A stretch of DNA of 64,000 bases, from contig CAZYVS010000002.1 in the NCBI GenBank assembly GCA_964651655.1, forward strand, positions 29,471-93,470, written 5' to 3'. The position numbers and the translations under genes are program-made. This document shows, one piece after another, positions 37,244-47,405 of the stretch; positions within the stretch are counted from its first letter, which is position 1, and every line of letters begins with the position of its first letter. Source of the DNA: an uncultured Candidatus Saccharibacteria bacterium (GTDB lineage Bacteria > Patescibacteriota > Minisyncoccia > Phycocordibacterales > Zambryskibacteraceae). A model generated the notes under the pieces. The model ran no database searches. It was not told the DNA's origin and worked only from the letters and a program-made list of their open reading frames with translations.

Positions 37244-38508
37244 TAGACCGGTAAATTTGACGGCGCTTCCGCTTTCTTGGAAGACACGCGAACCAGAGTC
37301 GGAGTGGTGGCAGTGGCACCCGGGAAATGAAAGATGGTGGCCAATTCCTCGGTCGTTAAGACGTACGGTTTGCCGAAAACATTTTTGAATGGAGGATTGA
37401 AGACAGAACGTCTTTTATACGCTTCAAGCAACGTTTTTTGCCTATATATTCTCTTGATATCAAAAACGTCTTCCCAGGGATAAACAATGCCCGGAATAAA
37501 TCTGTGTGGCCGAATGCCGTTTAGAAGCGTTCTCGAACCTAGTTGACGCATGGCGCCAATTATTCCAACAGTTCTACTCACTGATATTTCTTTAGGAGCT
37601 ACATAGACCATTCTGAACATAGTATTAAATGCCAGCTTGGCCGCGTTTCGCTCGATTGCATTAATCGTCTCATTTTGAGTTTTAGTAAGGTTTAAGAGAC
37701 TGGGAGGTTTACCTTTTTCGGCTTCAATAAAACTTTCCTTTTTAATGAATTTTTCTATTTCATCCTTGATATTTTCCTTCCAGTCAGGTTTAGTAAATAA
37801 ACGAATATCTTGAAAACTTTCTTTGCGATGACCTTGAATCAAAATCTGAATCCATTGATTTTCTCCCGGCTTGAGAGTGCCAAGATATTCAAGAATGGGA
37901 GTAAGCGGATCAATTATCTGTTCTTGCTCTTTGTCTGTCTTATCAAGACCGAAATCAACATAGGTTTTTATCGGGTAGATATCCGGTTTCGTTAATCGGG
38001 TCGTTATGCCGGATAAATTCATTGTCTTGGGGTCAAAGATAATTTTAGTGGCATAGTCTTCCGCTTCTACCACTTCAGCGCCCGGATAGTGATTATAAAT
38101 TCTCGACTCAATGACATGTTTCCATTTAGGAAAGGCCCAAATAAAGAATTTTACTTGCCCGCCAATCGATGCTATCTCAAGAGAAAAAACATCTCTCGCA
38201 TGGCCGTATAAATATGCTCCGGTAATAGAACTTATGACATCTTCCCAAATACCGTCAAGCACCATCTCCATGGCGGCAGGCGATTTCTCCGTATTTTGAG
38301 GAATTCTGATTTCTAAAAGAATATAGCCGGTCTTCTTTAACCAGTCGCGCCTCTTATAATTAATCCAGGTATGCATAAAAAGCCAAAGAAAAAACATTGG
38401 CGACCAAAGAGGCCAAGTTGAAGCGACAATCCGCCAGACTTCTCGATAGAAATCCGTTTGGAAAAGAGAAAGAAAATCACTGATAATCATGACCTTAATT
38501 CTACACAA
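37243..38508 (-). CDS. Hypothetical protein (421 aa)
   Basis: Intact ORF packed tightly with its neighbours; no recognisable motifs. Confidence 0.5.
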   Translation of the reverse strand: MCRIKVMIISDFLSLFQTDFYREVWRIVASTWPLWSPMFFLWLFMHTWINYKRRDWLKKTGYILLEIRIPQNTEKSPAAMEMVLDGIWEDVISSITGAYLYGHARDVFSLEIASIGGQVKFFIWAFPKWKHVIESRIYNHYPGAEVVEAEDYATKIIFDPKTMNLSGITTRLTKPDIYPIKTYVDFGLDKTDKEQEQIIDPLTPILEYLGTLKPGENQWIQILIQGHRKESFQDIRLFTKPDWKENIKDEIEKFIKKESFIEAEKGKPPSLLNLTKTQNETINAIERNAAKLAFNTMFRMVYVAPKEISVSRTVGIIGAMRQLGSRTLLNGIRPHRFIPGIVYPWEDVFDIKRIYRQKTLLEAYKRRSVFNPPFKNVFGKPYVLTTEELATIFHFPGATATTPTLVRVSSKKAEAPSNLPV

Positions 38509-38511
38509 AAT

Positions 38512-39570
38512 TTAGACGTTGTGGTAGCGGCCGGAAGAGTCTTTCTTAAAGTATTTCGGATTCTGAAGGTTCACTAAGATAGTATTCTCTTTAACGTAAC
38601 GCTCTTTGAGCACTTTCTCTATAATTTTATCTTTTGCCAGAGGGCCTTCCTTTTCTAAAATTTTTTTGATGACATCTTTAACCACACCGGATATATATCC
38701 CCATTCGGAGAGAGCGTAAAGGCCGCGCCCCACCAAAACGAATCTTGGGTCCTTGATCAGCTCATTGTGCGTGGTGGCCACATGCGCCTTTTTATTGAAG
38801 TACAGAGTGATCGCCTTTGCCACTTCTTTGAAATGGATTGGAGAACCATGCTTTCTAATGACTAAAAAGGCGTAGTCACGCATGCCTTTCGCATTGACAT
38901 TCGAGGAAGAGGCGCGACCCCATTCGCCCAAAGGATTCTTGCCGATTTTGTGAGAGATGGAAAACCAACGTTTGACCACTTCTTCATTCTTATATTTCTC
39001 GTTTAAATCTTTGACTTCTTCAAGAAAAGAACTAATAAGATCACTCTCAATTACGAGTTCATCATCAGACAACGAGGCGTATAGTTTGCGAAGCGCGGAT
39101 TTAATCTTATCCGCTAACTCCCGATCCACATGCCAGTGATGTTTAAATTCTTCATCGGCCTGCTCGCGTTTAAATTCCTCACCGATAATCAATAAAAAAT
39201 AGAAATGGTTCTGAACGCTTGGATCCTTGCTTAAATGTCTTAACAAATCCTTCTCAGATAGAATACCTCCCAGACCAAGAATAATTTCTTTCAATTCAAT
39301 AAAAACGGACTCAAGATCTTTGTAAATCTTTGATTTGCGAACAGTCAAAAGGGAATGATTTTCTATTTGACGCACTCGCTCTCTGGTAATGCCGTATTTT
39401 TTGCCGATAGCATCTAGGGTAAACTTGGCAGCTTTGGACCCCAGTCCGTATCGACTAACGATAATATCCTGACCGCGTTTGGTTAAAACTGATAATAACC
39501 GTTTGGTGACCTCTTTGGGCTTAAAACTTATAGCAATCTTCTCACTCATGGTTTCTCTTATTTGTATCAC
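38512..39570 (-). CDS. Protein with an N-terminal sigma-70 region-4-like HTH
   Basis: DIIVSRYGLGSKAAKFTLDAIGKKYGITRERVRQIENHSL resembles sigma70_r4. The rest is unassigned. Confidence 0.5.
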   Translation of the reverse strand: MIQIRETMSEKIAISFKPKEVTKRLLSVLTKRGQDIIVSRYGLGSKAAKFTLDAIGKKYGITRERVRQIENHSLLTVRKSKIYKDLESVFIELKEIILGLGGILSEKDLLRHLSKDPSVQNHFYFLLIIGEEFKREQADEEFKHHWHVDRELADKIKSALRKLYASLSDDELVIESDLISSFLEEVKDLNEKYKNEEVVKRWFSISHKIGKNPLGEWGRASSSNVNAKGMRDYAFLVIRKHGSPIHFKEVAKAITLYFNKKAHVATTHNELIKDPRFVLVGRGLYALSEWGYISGVVKDVIKKILEKEGPLAKDKIIEKVLKERYVKENTILVNLQNPKYFKKDSSGRYHNV

Positions 39571-39602
39571 CCGAACAAAGAAGTGTCAAGACGAGCTAAA
39601 AA

Positions 39603-41810
39603 TCAAGTAGCAATGCTGATAATCTTATTGGGCACAATAATTATTTTTTTAGGCTCTTTGTTTTTCAACCATTTTTGAACTTCCGGCAGAGCCAGAGCGT
39701 TCGTTTTAATTTCTTCCTCACTCTGACCACGAATAACAAGTAAATCGGCTCTTACTCTGCCATCAATTTGAATAGCTACAGTGATTTCATTTTTGACCAA
39801 TCGTTTTGAATCGTAAGTCGGCCAACTTTGAATATGAACGGAGTCCTTGTGTCCAAGAGAAGCCCACAATTCTTCGGTAATATGCGGAGCAAGAGGCGCA
39901 AGAAGCAAAATTAGAGTCTCAAATTCTTTTTGGGAAATTTCTTTTTGTTTATCCAGAGTGTTGACATAAATCATCAGGGCGGATACGGCAGTGTTGAATC
40001 CCATGGTTTCTATATCATCAGATACTTTCTTTATTGTCTGATACATCAAAGTCTCGCTCTTTAAGGTCTGACCTTTCAAAACCTTGGATTGTAACCTCCA
40101 CACTTTTTCCAAAAACCGGCGCGGCCCAACAAGCGCGTCCTCGCTCCAGGCGATAGTGTGTTCAAAGGGCCCCATAAACATCTCGTAGAGCCGCAGGGTG
40201 TCCGCGCCAAAACGTTCTACTATCGTATCGGGGTTAATGACATTACCCCTTGATTTGCTCATCTTCTCTCCCCCTTCGGCCAGAATCAGTCCGTGTGAAG
40301 TGCGCTTTTTATACGGTTCGCTTGTGGAAACAAGTTTCAAATCGTAGAGAAATTTATTCCAAAACCGCGAATATAATAGATGGAGCACGGTGTGCTCCAT
40401 ACCACCGTTATACCAGTCGACAGGCATAAAATGCTTGAAATTTTCAATTTGTAATTTCCAATTTTCAATAGAAACGGAATGTATAAATCCTACCTTATCA
40501 AAAAGATACGCGAGAAAATACCAAGAAGAGCCGGCCCAATTGGGCATAACATCAGTTTCTCTTTTAGCTCTTCCACCACACTTTGGACATATCACATTCA
40601 CCCATGCATCAATGTTCGCTAACGGTGATTCCCCATCCTCTCTCGGTTGATATTTTTCAACTTGAGGCAGTTCTACCGGCAAATCTTTCTCCGGCACCGG
40701 CACCACGCCGCATTTACCGCAATGAATGACCGGTATCGGTTCACCCCAATAACGCTGACGTGAAAAAATCCAATCACGTAGTTTGTATTTGGTGACTCTT
40801 TTACCAAAATCTTCAAATCCGGCTCTTTTGTATTCATCGATAATTGATAGATTGTGCTTTTTGGCAAACACCATATCGCGTTCGTCATCAGCTGGCACAC
40901 CCATAATCGCGCCAGTACCATAATCGGACATCACATATTCTGCTTCCCAAACCGGAATTTTTTCTTTCGTGGCAGGATTAATGGCATATTCTCCAGTGAA
41001 TTTGTCCTCCTTACCCGCCTTAACTAAGAAAGTAGCTCCGAAAATAGTGTCGGGTCGTGTGGTAAACACTTTTATAGGTTCAAGCTGTAAGCTGTTAGCT
41101 GAAAGCTGAAAGCTGATTTCTACTCCTTCGCTTCTACCGATCCAATTTTTCTGTTGAGTTTTGACCCGTTCCGGATAATCTACATCGTCTAAATCTTTTT
41201 CAAGTCTTTCCGCATATTTGGTAATGGCAAGCATCCATTGTTCTTTCTCTTTTTGCTCAACAGATGCGCCACAGCGTTCGCACCCATTGTCAATTACTTC
41301 TTCGTTGGCTAAACCAATTTTACAGTTCGAACACCAATTGATAGGAATCTTGGCCTTGTACGCCAAACCATTTTCAAGAAATTTTAAAAATATCCATTGC
41401 GTCCATTTATAATACTTTGGATCGGTTGTATTTATTTCCCGTGACCAATCAAAAGAAAGCCCGAGAGACTGAATTTGTCGGCGAAAAGTATCCGTATTTT
41501 CTTTTGTCACTACTTTAGGGTCCTTGCCGGTCTTGAGAGCATAATTTTCCGTCGGCAAACCAAAGGCATCCCAACCGATGGGATATAAAACATTAAACCC
41601 TTCCATTCGGCGTTTGCGAGAGACAATATCCATCGCTGTATAACTCCTGATATGCCCGACATGCAGACCGTCTCCGGATGGATAAGGAAATTCTATTAGC
41701 GTGTAATATTTTGGTTTCTTAGAAGAATCCTGTGCTTGGTAGACGCCAGATTTCTCCCACTCCTTTTGCCATTTCCCTTCAATTTCTTTAGGATTGTACT
41801 CCTTAGCCAT
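39603..41810 (-). CDS. leuS: Leucyl-tRNA synthetase lacking most of the CP1 editing domain
   Basis: HVGHIRSYTAMD (HIGH) and KMSKS. Only about 60 aa separate TTRPDT from GTGAIMGVPADDERD, versus about 180 in canonical LeuRS. The protein is 735 aa in total. Confidence 0.9.
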   Translation of the reverse strand: MAKEYNPKEIEGKWQKEWEKSGVYQAQDSSKKPKYYTLIEFPYPSGDGLHVGHIRSYTAMDIVSRKRRMEGFNVLYPIGWDAFGLPTENYALKTGKDPKVVTKENTDTFRRQIQSLGLSFDWSREINTTDPKYYKWTQWIFLKFLENGLAYKAKIPINWCSNCKIGLANEEVIDNGCERCGASVEQKEKEQWMLAITKYAERLEKDLDDVDYPERVKTQQKNWIGRSEGVEISFQLSANSLQLEPIKVFTTRPDTIFGATFLVKAGKEDKFTGEYAINPATKEKIPVWEAEYVMSDYGTGAIMGVPADDERDMVFAKKHNLSIIDEYKRAGFEDFGKRVTKYKLRDWIFSRQRYWGEPIPVIHCGKCGVVPVPEKDLPVELPQVEKYQPREDGESPLANIDAWVNVICPKCGGRAKRETDVMPNWAGSSWYFLAYLFDKVGFIHSVSIENWKLQIENFKHFMPVDWYNGGMEHTVLHLLYSRFWNKFLYDLKLVSTSEPYKKRTSHGLILAEGGEKMSKSRGNVINPDTIVERFGADTLRLYEMFMGPFEHTIAWSEDALVGPRRFLEKVWRLQSKVLKGQTLKSETLMYQTIKKVSDDIETMGFNTAVSALMIYVNTLDKQKEISQKEFETLILLLAPLAPHITEELWASLGHKDSVHIQSWPTYDSKRLVKNEITVAIQIDGRVRADLLVIRGQSEEEIKTNALALPEVQKWLKNKEPKKIIIVPNKIISIAT

Positions 41811-41832
41811 ATTGGCTAGTATACCAAAAAGT

Positions 41833-42783
41833 CTATTGTTTCAGTCTTACAGGATAAAGTTCTGGATCAATGGTACGAGAGAAACACTGACGACCGGTTT
41901 CGTGTTGCCAATTTTCATTAATTTTACCCATCGGTTCTGGATAAATTATTCGTGCCGTAGATTCAACATTATTTTGCGACGCCTTATTGAATTCCGCACA
42001 AAGATTGAAGGATAAGGCTCCAGTCCTCTCATATTCATAAGAATTCTTTGTCTGCGGATCAACCGGAGTAATAAATCCGGATATTGGATCTTCCAAGTCA
42101 GCAAGCGTCGCGGGTAGTGTCTCCTTTTGTTGCCAGTAATTCACAATCTGCCACTGAATATTTTGTAAATCAGAAATTTTTTGCGAATCATAACGAAGCA
42201 TGCGTTGACTCTGCGGAGTTCCCAACACGCCAAAACCGGCGGCAATAGAACCGATGACAAGAACCGTTCCCACCAACCTCCAGATATTTCTGCGAGCGCC
42301 TGCCAACCTATCCTTCAAGTCGTCCATAAAGTAACCAAAGATGCATCCGGCCACTATCAAGACGGAAAGGATTTTTAAAAGAAACGCAGTTGTCATCTCT
42401 TGGCCATCAAGGAAGTAGTAGAGAAGAGTTACTAAATCGCCAGCCAACACTCCTCCGGCCAGAAAGAGAGTGATATAGATAAGCCATTTGCGGACAGGAT
42501 AGTCCTTGCGACTCGGATCTTCCGCATATCCTTTTCGAACTATATTTGTCAAAAAAAGAAAAAGTGGAAAGACCACAATAAGCGCTGCCACCGGCAAAGA
42601 AATAAAGGTGGAACTGTAATAAGTATATTGATTGACCTGCGGAAAAGCGGCGTTGATGACACGAAACAAAATGTTTAATAAGGCCACTGTGCCTGCGTAC
42701 AAAAGCGCAATGATAGCAATGTGTAAAAAGAAATCCTTGGCGGTGATTTTGGTATTCATAGTTTTAATTATATCAAATATCAA
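41833..42783 (-). CDS. Polytopic membrane protein with a C-terminal pseudopilin (GspG)-like domain
   Basis: C-terminal LQNIQWQIVNYWQQKETLPATLADL...PVDPQTKNSYEY resembles the T2SS/T4P pilin globular domain. Confidence 0.4.
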   Translation of the reverse strand: MIFDIIKTMNTKITAKDFFLHIAIIALLYAGTVALLNILFRVINAAFPQVNQYTYYSSTFISLPVAALIVVFPLFLFLTNIVRKGYAEDPSRKDYPVRKWLIYITLFLAGGVLAGDLVTLLYYFLDGQEMTTAFLLKILSVLIVAGCIFGYFMDDLKDRLAGARRNIWRLVGTVLVIGSIAAGFGVLGTPQSQRMLRYDSQKISDLQNIQWQIVNYWQQKETLPATLADLEDPISGFITPVDPQTKNSYEYERTGALSFNLCAEFNKASQNNVESTARIIYPEPMGKINENWQHETGRQCFSRTIDPELYPVRLKQ

Positions 42784-42875
42784 ACTCTAAAACATCTGTC
42801 TTTATATTACCAAATTATTATGATAATCTAATAGCAGACCTTAAACTCACTAACTGACAGAAAAAGGGGGTTAAT

Positions 42876-43145
42876 ATGAGTACACCACAGGCTGTGGCGG
42901 ATTTGATTCCGTCCGCTTATGGCTGGTCGAAGCCTAAATTTGCATTCATCGATCACGGCTCGGTTTTCTACAAAACCAGCGCATCGAGCAATGCAGGTGG
43001 GAGCTCACATACTGTATGCTTCCCCGTTAATGTTAACGAAAGGACTCTGCGTGCTGAGGAATCGTGGGAAAGCTTAACGGACGATGTGGTACTGGCCATC
43101 CGGAGTGGAAAGATTCGTTGCGGTGGATTCACTAGTGACCACTAG
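42876..43145 (+). CDS. Small hypothetical protein (89 aa), GC-richer, with a strong SD
   Basis: AAAGGGGG lies 7 nt before the ATG, and a terminator follows immediately downstream. Confidence 0.45.
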   Translation: MSTPQAVADLIPSAYGWSKPKFAFIDHGSVFYKTSASSNAGGSSHTVCFPVNVNERTLRAEESWESLTDDVVLAIRSGKIRCGGFTSDH

Positions 43146-43177
43146 GCCACCAAACAGCTTCTATTTGTCACGCGATA

Positions 43178-43209
43178 AGCCCCGTTGAAAGCGGGGTTTA
43201 TTTTCATTT
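43178..43209 (+). terminator. Rho-independent terminator
   Basis: AAGCCCCG-ttgaaa-GCGGGGTTT followed by a T-tract. Confidence 0.6.
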
Positions 43210-44039
43210 CAAATCAAAAACTCAATAACATCTCCGTCTTGGACTACATATTCTTTACCCTCGGTTCGGAGCCAACCCTTCTCACGCGCTTTTGCCAGAG
43301 AACCAGCTTCCATAAGTTTGTCATAATGAATCACTTCGGCCCGAATAAATTTTTCTTGGAAATCGGAGTGGATTGATTTGCCCGCCTCCGGTGCCTTCGC
43401 GTTTCGGCGCGTTGTCCAAGCTCGAGACTCGTCTTCCCCAGTTGTAAAGAAAGTTATGAGATCTAGTAACTTATAAGCCTCCACGATAAGCTTATCTAAA
43501 CCTGTGCCGAAGATGGGATCAACCTCGAGATATGGTCCGGGAAAAGGTTCGACCTTAGATTTTGATTCCCAAGGTCGAACCTTGGGGAGGGCTTCCGAAG
43601 TATTCAAAACATAAAGTGTCGGCTTCTTAATTCCCGCGGCTTCAAGTTCCATATTTATAATCTCAATATCAAAGAGCGGATCAACTTTTTCGTGCACATG
43701 AACGATATCAGGGTCTTCAAAAGTTCGTACCACTTCGATAATAGCATCCACTTCGCGAATATGAGAAAGGAATTTGTTACCAAGTCCTTCCCCTTCCGAG
43801 GCGCCTTTCACAAGTCCGGCAATATCTACAAACTCAACAACAGCTGGAATAGTTTTTTTTGATTTAGACAGGGTAGAAAGTTTCTCCAATCGTTCGTCCG
43901 GCACAGGCACAATACCAACCGAAGGGTCAATGGTGCAGAAAGGATAATTTTCCGCTGGTACAGCCTGCTTCGTCAACGCGTTAAAAAGCGTGGATTTACC
44001 CACATTCGGCAGACCCACGATACCGATTTTTAAGGACAT
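43209..44039 (-). CDS. ychF: Ribosome-binding ATPase YchF (short form)
   Basis: GIVGLPNVGKSTLFNALT G1 motif and a C-terminal TGS domain (GKEYVVQDGDVIEF). Confidence 0.85.
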   Translation of the reverse strand: MSLKIGIVGLPNVGKSTLFNALTKQAVPAENYPFCTIDPSVGIVPVPDERLEKLSTLSKSKKTIPAVVEFVDIAGLVKGASEGEGLGNKFLSHIREVDAIIEVVRTFEDPDIVHVHEKVDPLFDIEIINMELEAAGIKKPTLYVLNTSEALPKVRPWESKSKVEPFPGPYLEVDPIFGTGLDKLIVEAYKLLDLITFFTTGEDESRAWTTRRNAKAPEAGKSIHSDFQEKFIRAEVIHYDKLMEAGSLAKAREKGWLRTEGKEYVVQDGDVIEFLI

Positions 44040-44148
44040 GGCGTTACATTATCACAGACTTTCTAAAAAGACTTTTTGTTGACATATTATTATTTGAGAG
44101 TAATTTAAATGGCGGAAAGAATTGAAAGTAAAAAGAAAGGAGTCGAAA

Positions 44149-44379
44149 ATGCTTTTCGAGAATGTGACTGCGTCTTGGGCAGGATATCAACATGTGGAGG
44201 GATTCCCTCTCTTGCCAAAAATTCTTCCCACCCAGAGTTCCTACAAGAACGGTGGAGTTCAAATCACTAAAACTAAGTGGTTGAAAACAGTAAGGTGGGC
44301 TCGTGTATGGCGAAGAGTAGGTCGAGATTCAGCAGGAAAACACATCTGGAAATGGAAGGATGCATACTGGATTGAATAA
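44149..44379 (+). CDS. Small hypothetical basic, Trp-rich protein (76 aa)
   Basis: AAAGGAG SD before the ATG; a terminator follows. Confidence 0.4.
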   Translation: MLFENVTASWAGYQHVEGFPLLPKILPTQSSYKNGGVQITKTKWLKTVRWARVWRRVGRDSAGKHIWKWKDAYWIE

Positions 44380-44400
44380 CGGTTAAATACACACGAGTCT

Positions 44401-44442
44401 GGGGTCAGGCTAACTACCTGACCCTTTTCGTTTTATTTTTTT
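44401..44442 (+). terminator. Rho-independent terminator
   Basis: GGGGTCAGG-ctaactac-CTGACCC followed by TTTTCGTTTTATTTTTTT. Confidence 0.65.
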
Positions 44443-44475
44443 AAATAACTTTATAGATTTTTTGAAATTACTTTC

Positions 44476-45903
44476 TTAGATATATGTTTCTATTATTTCC
44501 CTTAAATAAGCCAGAAACACATCAATATTCATACTCCACCTTAAATAAGTGCCTCTTAGAAAACCGTATTTCTTTTCTTTAATTGGTTGTGAATAATTAA
44601 AAGTTTTGACGCCAAAACCGCCAAAATATTTTCGGACGTAATAATTTAATCCGGCCTCCACTCTGTATTTATATTTAAAGTAATACGGCAATTTCTCCCA
44701 CACTTCCCGTGTCAGTGCGCGCTCCCCGGAATTTATGGCAAATAAATGCACGGTTTTTTGCATTATATTTCCACGCAATCCTATAAACATAGAAAACTTG
44801 CCGTCTATTACTGGTGTAATTATGTCTTGAATAATTTCCTTGGTTATATTTATCAAATCAGCATCGCAAAAAAAGAGGATACTAGCATTAGTCGATCGGA
44901 CTCCCCTTTCCATTGATTCCGCCTTGCCGATATTTTTGTCGTTGCGTAAATATTTTACATCTTTGAATTTTTTGACTATTTCTTCCGTACTATCAATCGA
45001 CCCATCATCCACAACTATAATCTCATCTATAACATTTACTTTTGTGATAACTTCAAGAACATTTCCAATCCGTGGCGCTTCATTGTAAGAAGGAACGATG
45101 GCGACAACTCTTTTCGGCTGTTGGATTAGATTGGAAAAAAGACTGTTAGATTCGACAAAATTTATTATTTCTTCATAGATCTCGCTTTCCGCTTCGGAGA
45201 AAAAAATATTATGCGAAAGAAAATTATGTTGCCTGGTGGAAAATCGTCTCTTCTTCTTTATGATTGAACCCAGATTATTATGCAAAATATCCAAAGAATC
45301 CCGACGGCTTATACTATCGGTGTTTGAACTGATTGAAATTGTCGGGCAGATAACATTAGATATATTCTTTTGCAATTCATTACTTGCTCGTTTTAAAATA
45401 CTTAGCCCATTTCCATGTATGTATGAGTAACTAAATAATCCCTCGCGCATCTCTCTTTTTCTCGCGGATATATTTAATTTTTTCCAATACTTAATATGTT
45501 TTCCCGCCAGAGCCAGCCCTTTTGAATTAAAAGGAAACTTGAGTACATATGGAGAATATATGTTAAAAAGACCATTCACTGAATATTTTGAAGCTAGTAG
45601 TAAAGCAAAAAGTCCTCCCAAACTGACACCGCCTATCACTATCTCGCGTCCCAGTTTTATATCTTTTTCCAATTCTACAGTAAGTGCATTAATCAGGTCT
45701 TCATACGTCACATCATCCAGATCTTCAACTTTTGTCCCATGTCCGGGTAATAATATTATTCGCACGTTAGCATCAAACTTTTGATTTAAGAGATAAGGCA
45801 ATTTCTTAAAATCGGTTGGACTTCCCGTATAACCATGAACTAAAAAGAATTCTCTGTTTGAATCCGTTTTTAATTCGATTGAGGTGATGTTTTTTGTAAC
45901 CAT
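44476..45903 (-). CDS. Alpha/beta-hydrolase fused to a family-2 glycosyltransferase
   Basis: The N-terminus has HGYTGSPTDF...GGVSLGG (a/b hydrolase). The C-terminus has VAIVPSYNEAPRIGNVLE...VVDDGSIDST (GT2, DPM1-like). Confidence 0.7.
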   Translation of the reverse strand: MVTKNITSIELKTDSNREFFLVHGYTGSPTDFKKLPYLLNQKFDANVRIILLPGHGTKVEDLDDVTYEDLINALTVELEKDIKLGREIVIGGVSLGGLFALLLASKYSVNGLFNIYSPYVLKFPFNSKGLALAGKHIKYWKKLNISARKREMREGLFSYSYIHGNGLSILKRASNELQKNISNVICPTISISSNTDSISRRDSLDILHNNLGSIIKKKRRFSTRQHNFLSHNIFFSEAESEIYEEIINFVESNSLFSNLIQQPKRVVAIVPSYNEAPRIGNVLEVITKVNVIDEIIVVDDGSIDSTEEIVKKFKDVKYLRNDKNIGKAESMERGVRSTNASILFFCDADLINITKEIIQDIITPVIDGKFSMFIGLRGNIMQKTVHLFAINSGERALTREVWEKLPYYFKYKYRVEAGLNYYVRKYFGGFGVKTFNYSQPIKEKKYGFLRGTYLRWSMNIDVFLAYLREIIETYI

Positions 45904-46490
45904 TTTTTGACTCGTATCGATGCCACTCTCATTATGACCATAAACAGAACCAGAACAACACCGACCAAAAAAACTTCTAGAGTAATATTGCCAGAAAAAT
46001 AAGTAACGGTCTTTATACCCTTGCCCGTGGCCCACCCTAACGCTGAAATAAAGCCGACCCAAACAAAATTAGAAAGTAACGAGTATTTGAAGAAATCTCT
46101 AAAAGATAAACGCTCTCTGGCTAGATACATGATGGTCGCTATTCGAAAGCCATAAAAAAATTTTGTCATAAAAAGAGCCTGAAAATCATTTTTCCGCGTG
46201 GTGACATCCAATAATCTCCCCCAATGTTCGTAAGCTGAAGAAATAAATTTTAACCTTATCAACCAAGCAAAGATTCTGGACTTACCAAGCATATACCAAA
46301 GCGTATCTGAAACCATAATACCTAAGTAAAAAAATATTAAGATGTATGCTAAATTTAAAGTACCTGCCACAGAATATATAGAAAGTAACACCAGAACCTC
46401 TTCACCGCCAATAATTGCACCTAAAAAAGAAACAATGGGCGTATTCTCGCCGAAAAAAATTAATAACCGAGAGACCAGATCCATACTCAT
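45870..46490 (-). CDS. DedA/SNARE-associated family membrane protein
   Basis: DedA-like topology and motifs. Confidence 0.7.
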   Translation of the reverse strand: MSMDLVSRLLIFFGENTPIVSFLGAIIGGEEVLVLLSIYSVAGTLNLAYILIFFYLGIMVSDTLWYMLGKSRIFAWLIRLKFISSAYEHWGRLLDVTTRKNDFQALFMTKFFYGFRIATIMYLARERLSFRDFFKYSLLSNFVWVGFISALGWATGKGIKTVTYFSGNITLEVFLVGVVLVLFMVIMRVASIRVKKWLQKTSPQSN

Positions 46491-46526
46491 ATACAGTATC
46501 AGATTCTATCTGCTTTGTATCAAATA

Positions 46527-47123
46527 TTATTTTGCCCTTCGGCCGAGATTGTAAACCTTGCGTTTGATGCGTTCGCGACGAGCAATAGAGCCGAAGTGTT
46601 TAAGATAACCAAATTTGCGAACATAAATAGGTCCAAATCCCGCAAACCATAAAATCCCCTTCCTTAATTCGTTAGTGGTATCGCCGAAAATGAGTCGCTG
46701 GGCAAAGGGAATGGTATCGGAAGTCACGAACATGGTAGCGCTTCTGCCTTTCAAAAGTTTTGCCCAAGAGAACTCACTGGTAAATTTATAGGCAAAATTT
46801 GGCAACCACGCTCTGTCAAAAACACCTTTCAAAAGAGCCGGCATAGTGGACCACCATGAGGGATAAAAAATAACAAAATGGTCGCACCAGCGTACGTTAT
46901 CTTGAAAGGCAAGCAAATCCGGTTCAAGTTCTTGCTTTAATCTGTAGCCGTGATGTAACACCGGGTCAAATTGCATTTCATCAATATTGATACGACGCAC
47001 CTCATGCATAGCCTCTTCCGCTCCCCTCTGATATTCGTCCGCTAAAGTGCAATTGAAACTATCTTTGTCCGGATGACCAACTAGAATAAAAATTTTTTTC
47101 TTCTTATTTCCAAATACAGACAT
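46527..47123 (-). CDS. Flavodoxin-like-fold NAD(P)H dehydrogenase (quinone) family protein
   Basis: KIFILVGHPDKDSFNCTLADEY...FVIFYPSWWSTMPALLKGVFDR. Confidence 0.6.
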   Translation of the reverse strand: MSVFGNKKKKIFILVGHPDKDSFNCTLADEYQRGAEEAMHEVRRINIDEMQFDPVLHHGYRLKQELEPDLLAFQDNVRWCDHFVIFYPSWWSTMPALLKGVFDRAWLPNFAYKFTSEFSWAKLLKGRSATMFVTSDTIPFAQRLIFGDTTNELRKGILWFAGFGPIYVRKFGYLKHFGSIARRERIKRKVYNLGRRAK

Positions 47124-47147
47124 TTTATTTATAATAAGTTTATTGAA

Positions 47148-47396
47148 TTATTTCATTAATTTCTGTAATTCAGCCTGATACTCGCGCATCACCACCATAG
47201 TAGCCGCCATCTCACTCTGACCGGCTTCCACTCTTTTTTGCACCTCGTCTCCAATTTTCTTAAAAAAGTCCGGATGTTTCTCCATAAGTCCAAGAATAAG
47301 ATCGCGTTCCGCTGCCGGCGCATCTTTCATTTTCGCCTTCATGGCTTGCCGGAGAAAAAAGTTTTTGATCTTTCCCATACAGTTTAAGTATACCAA
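47148..47396 (-). CDS. Hypothetical small protein (82 aa)
   Basis: Intact ORF between the flavodoxin-like and metalloprotease genes. Confidence 0.3.
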   Translation of the reverse strand: MVYLNCMGKIKNFFLRQAMKAKMKDAPAAERDLILGLMEKHPDFFKKIGDEVQKRVEAGQSEMAATMVVMREYQAELQKLMK

Positions 47397-47405
47397 ATTA
47401 ATCCG

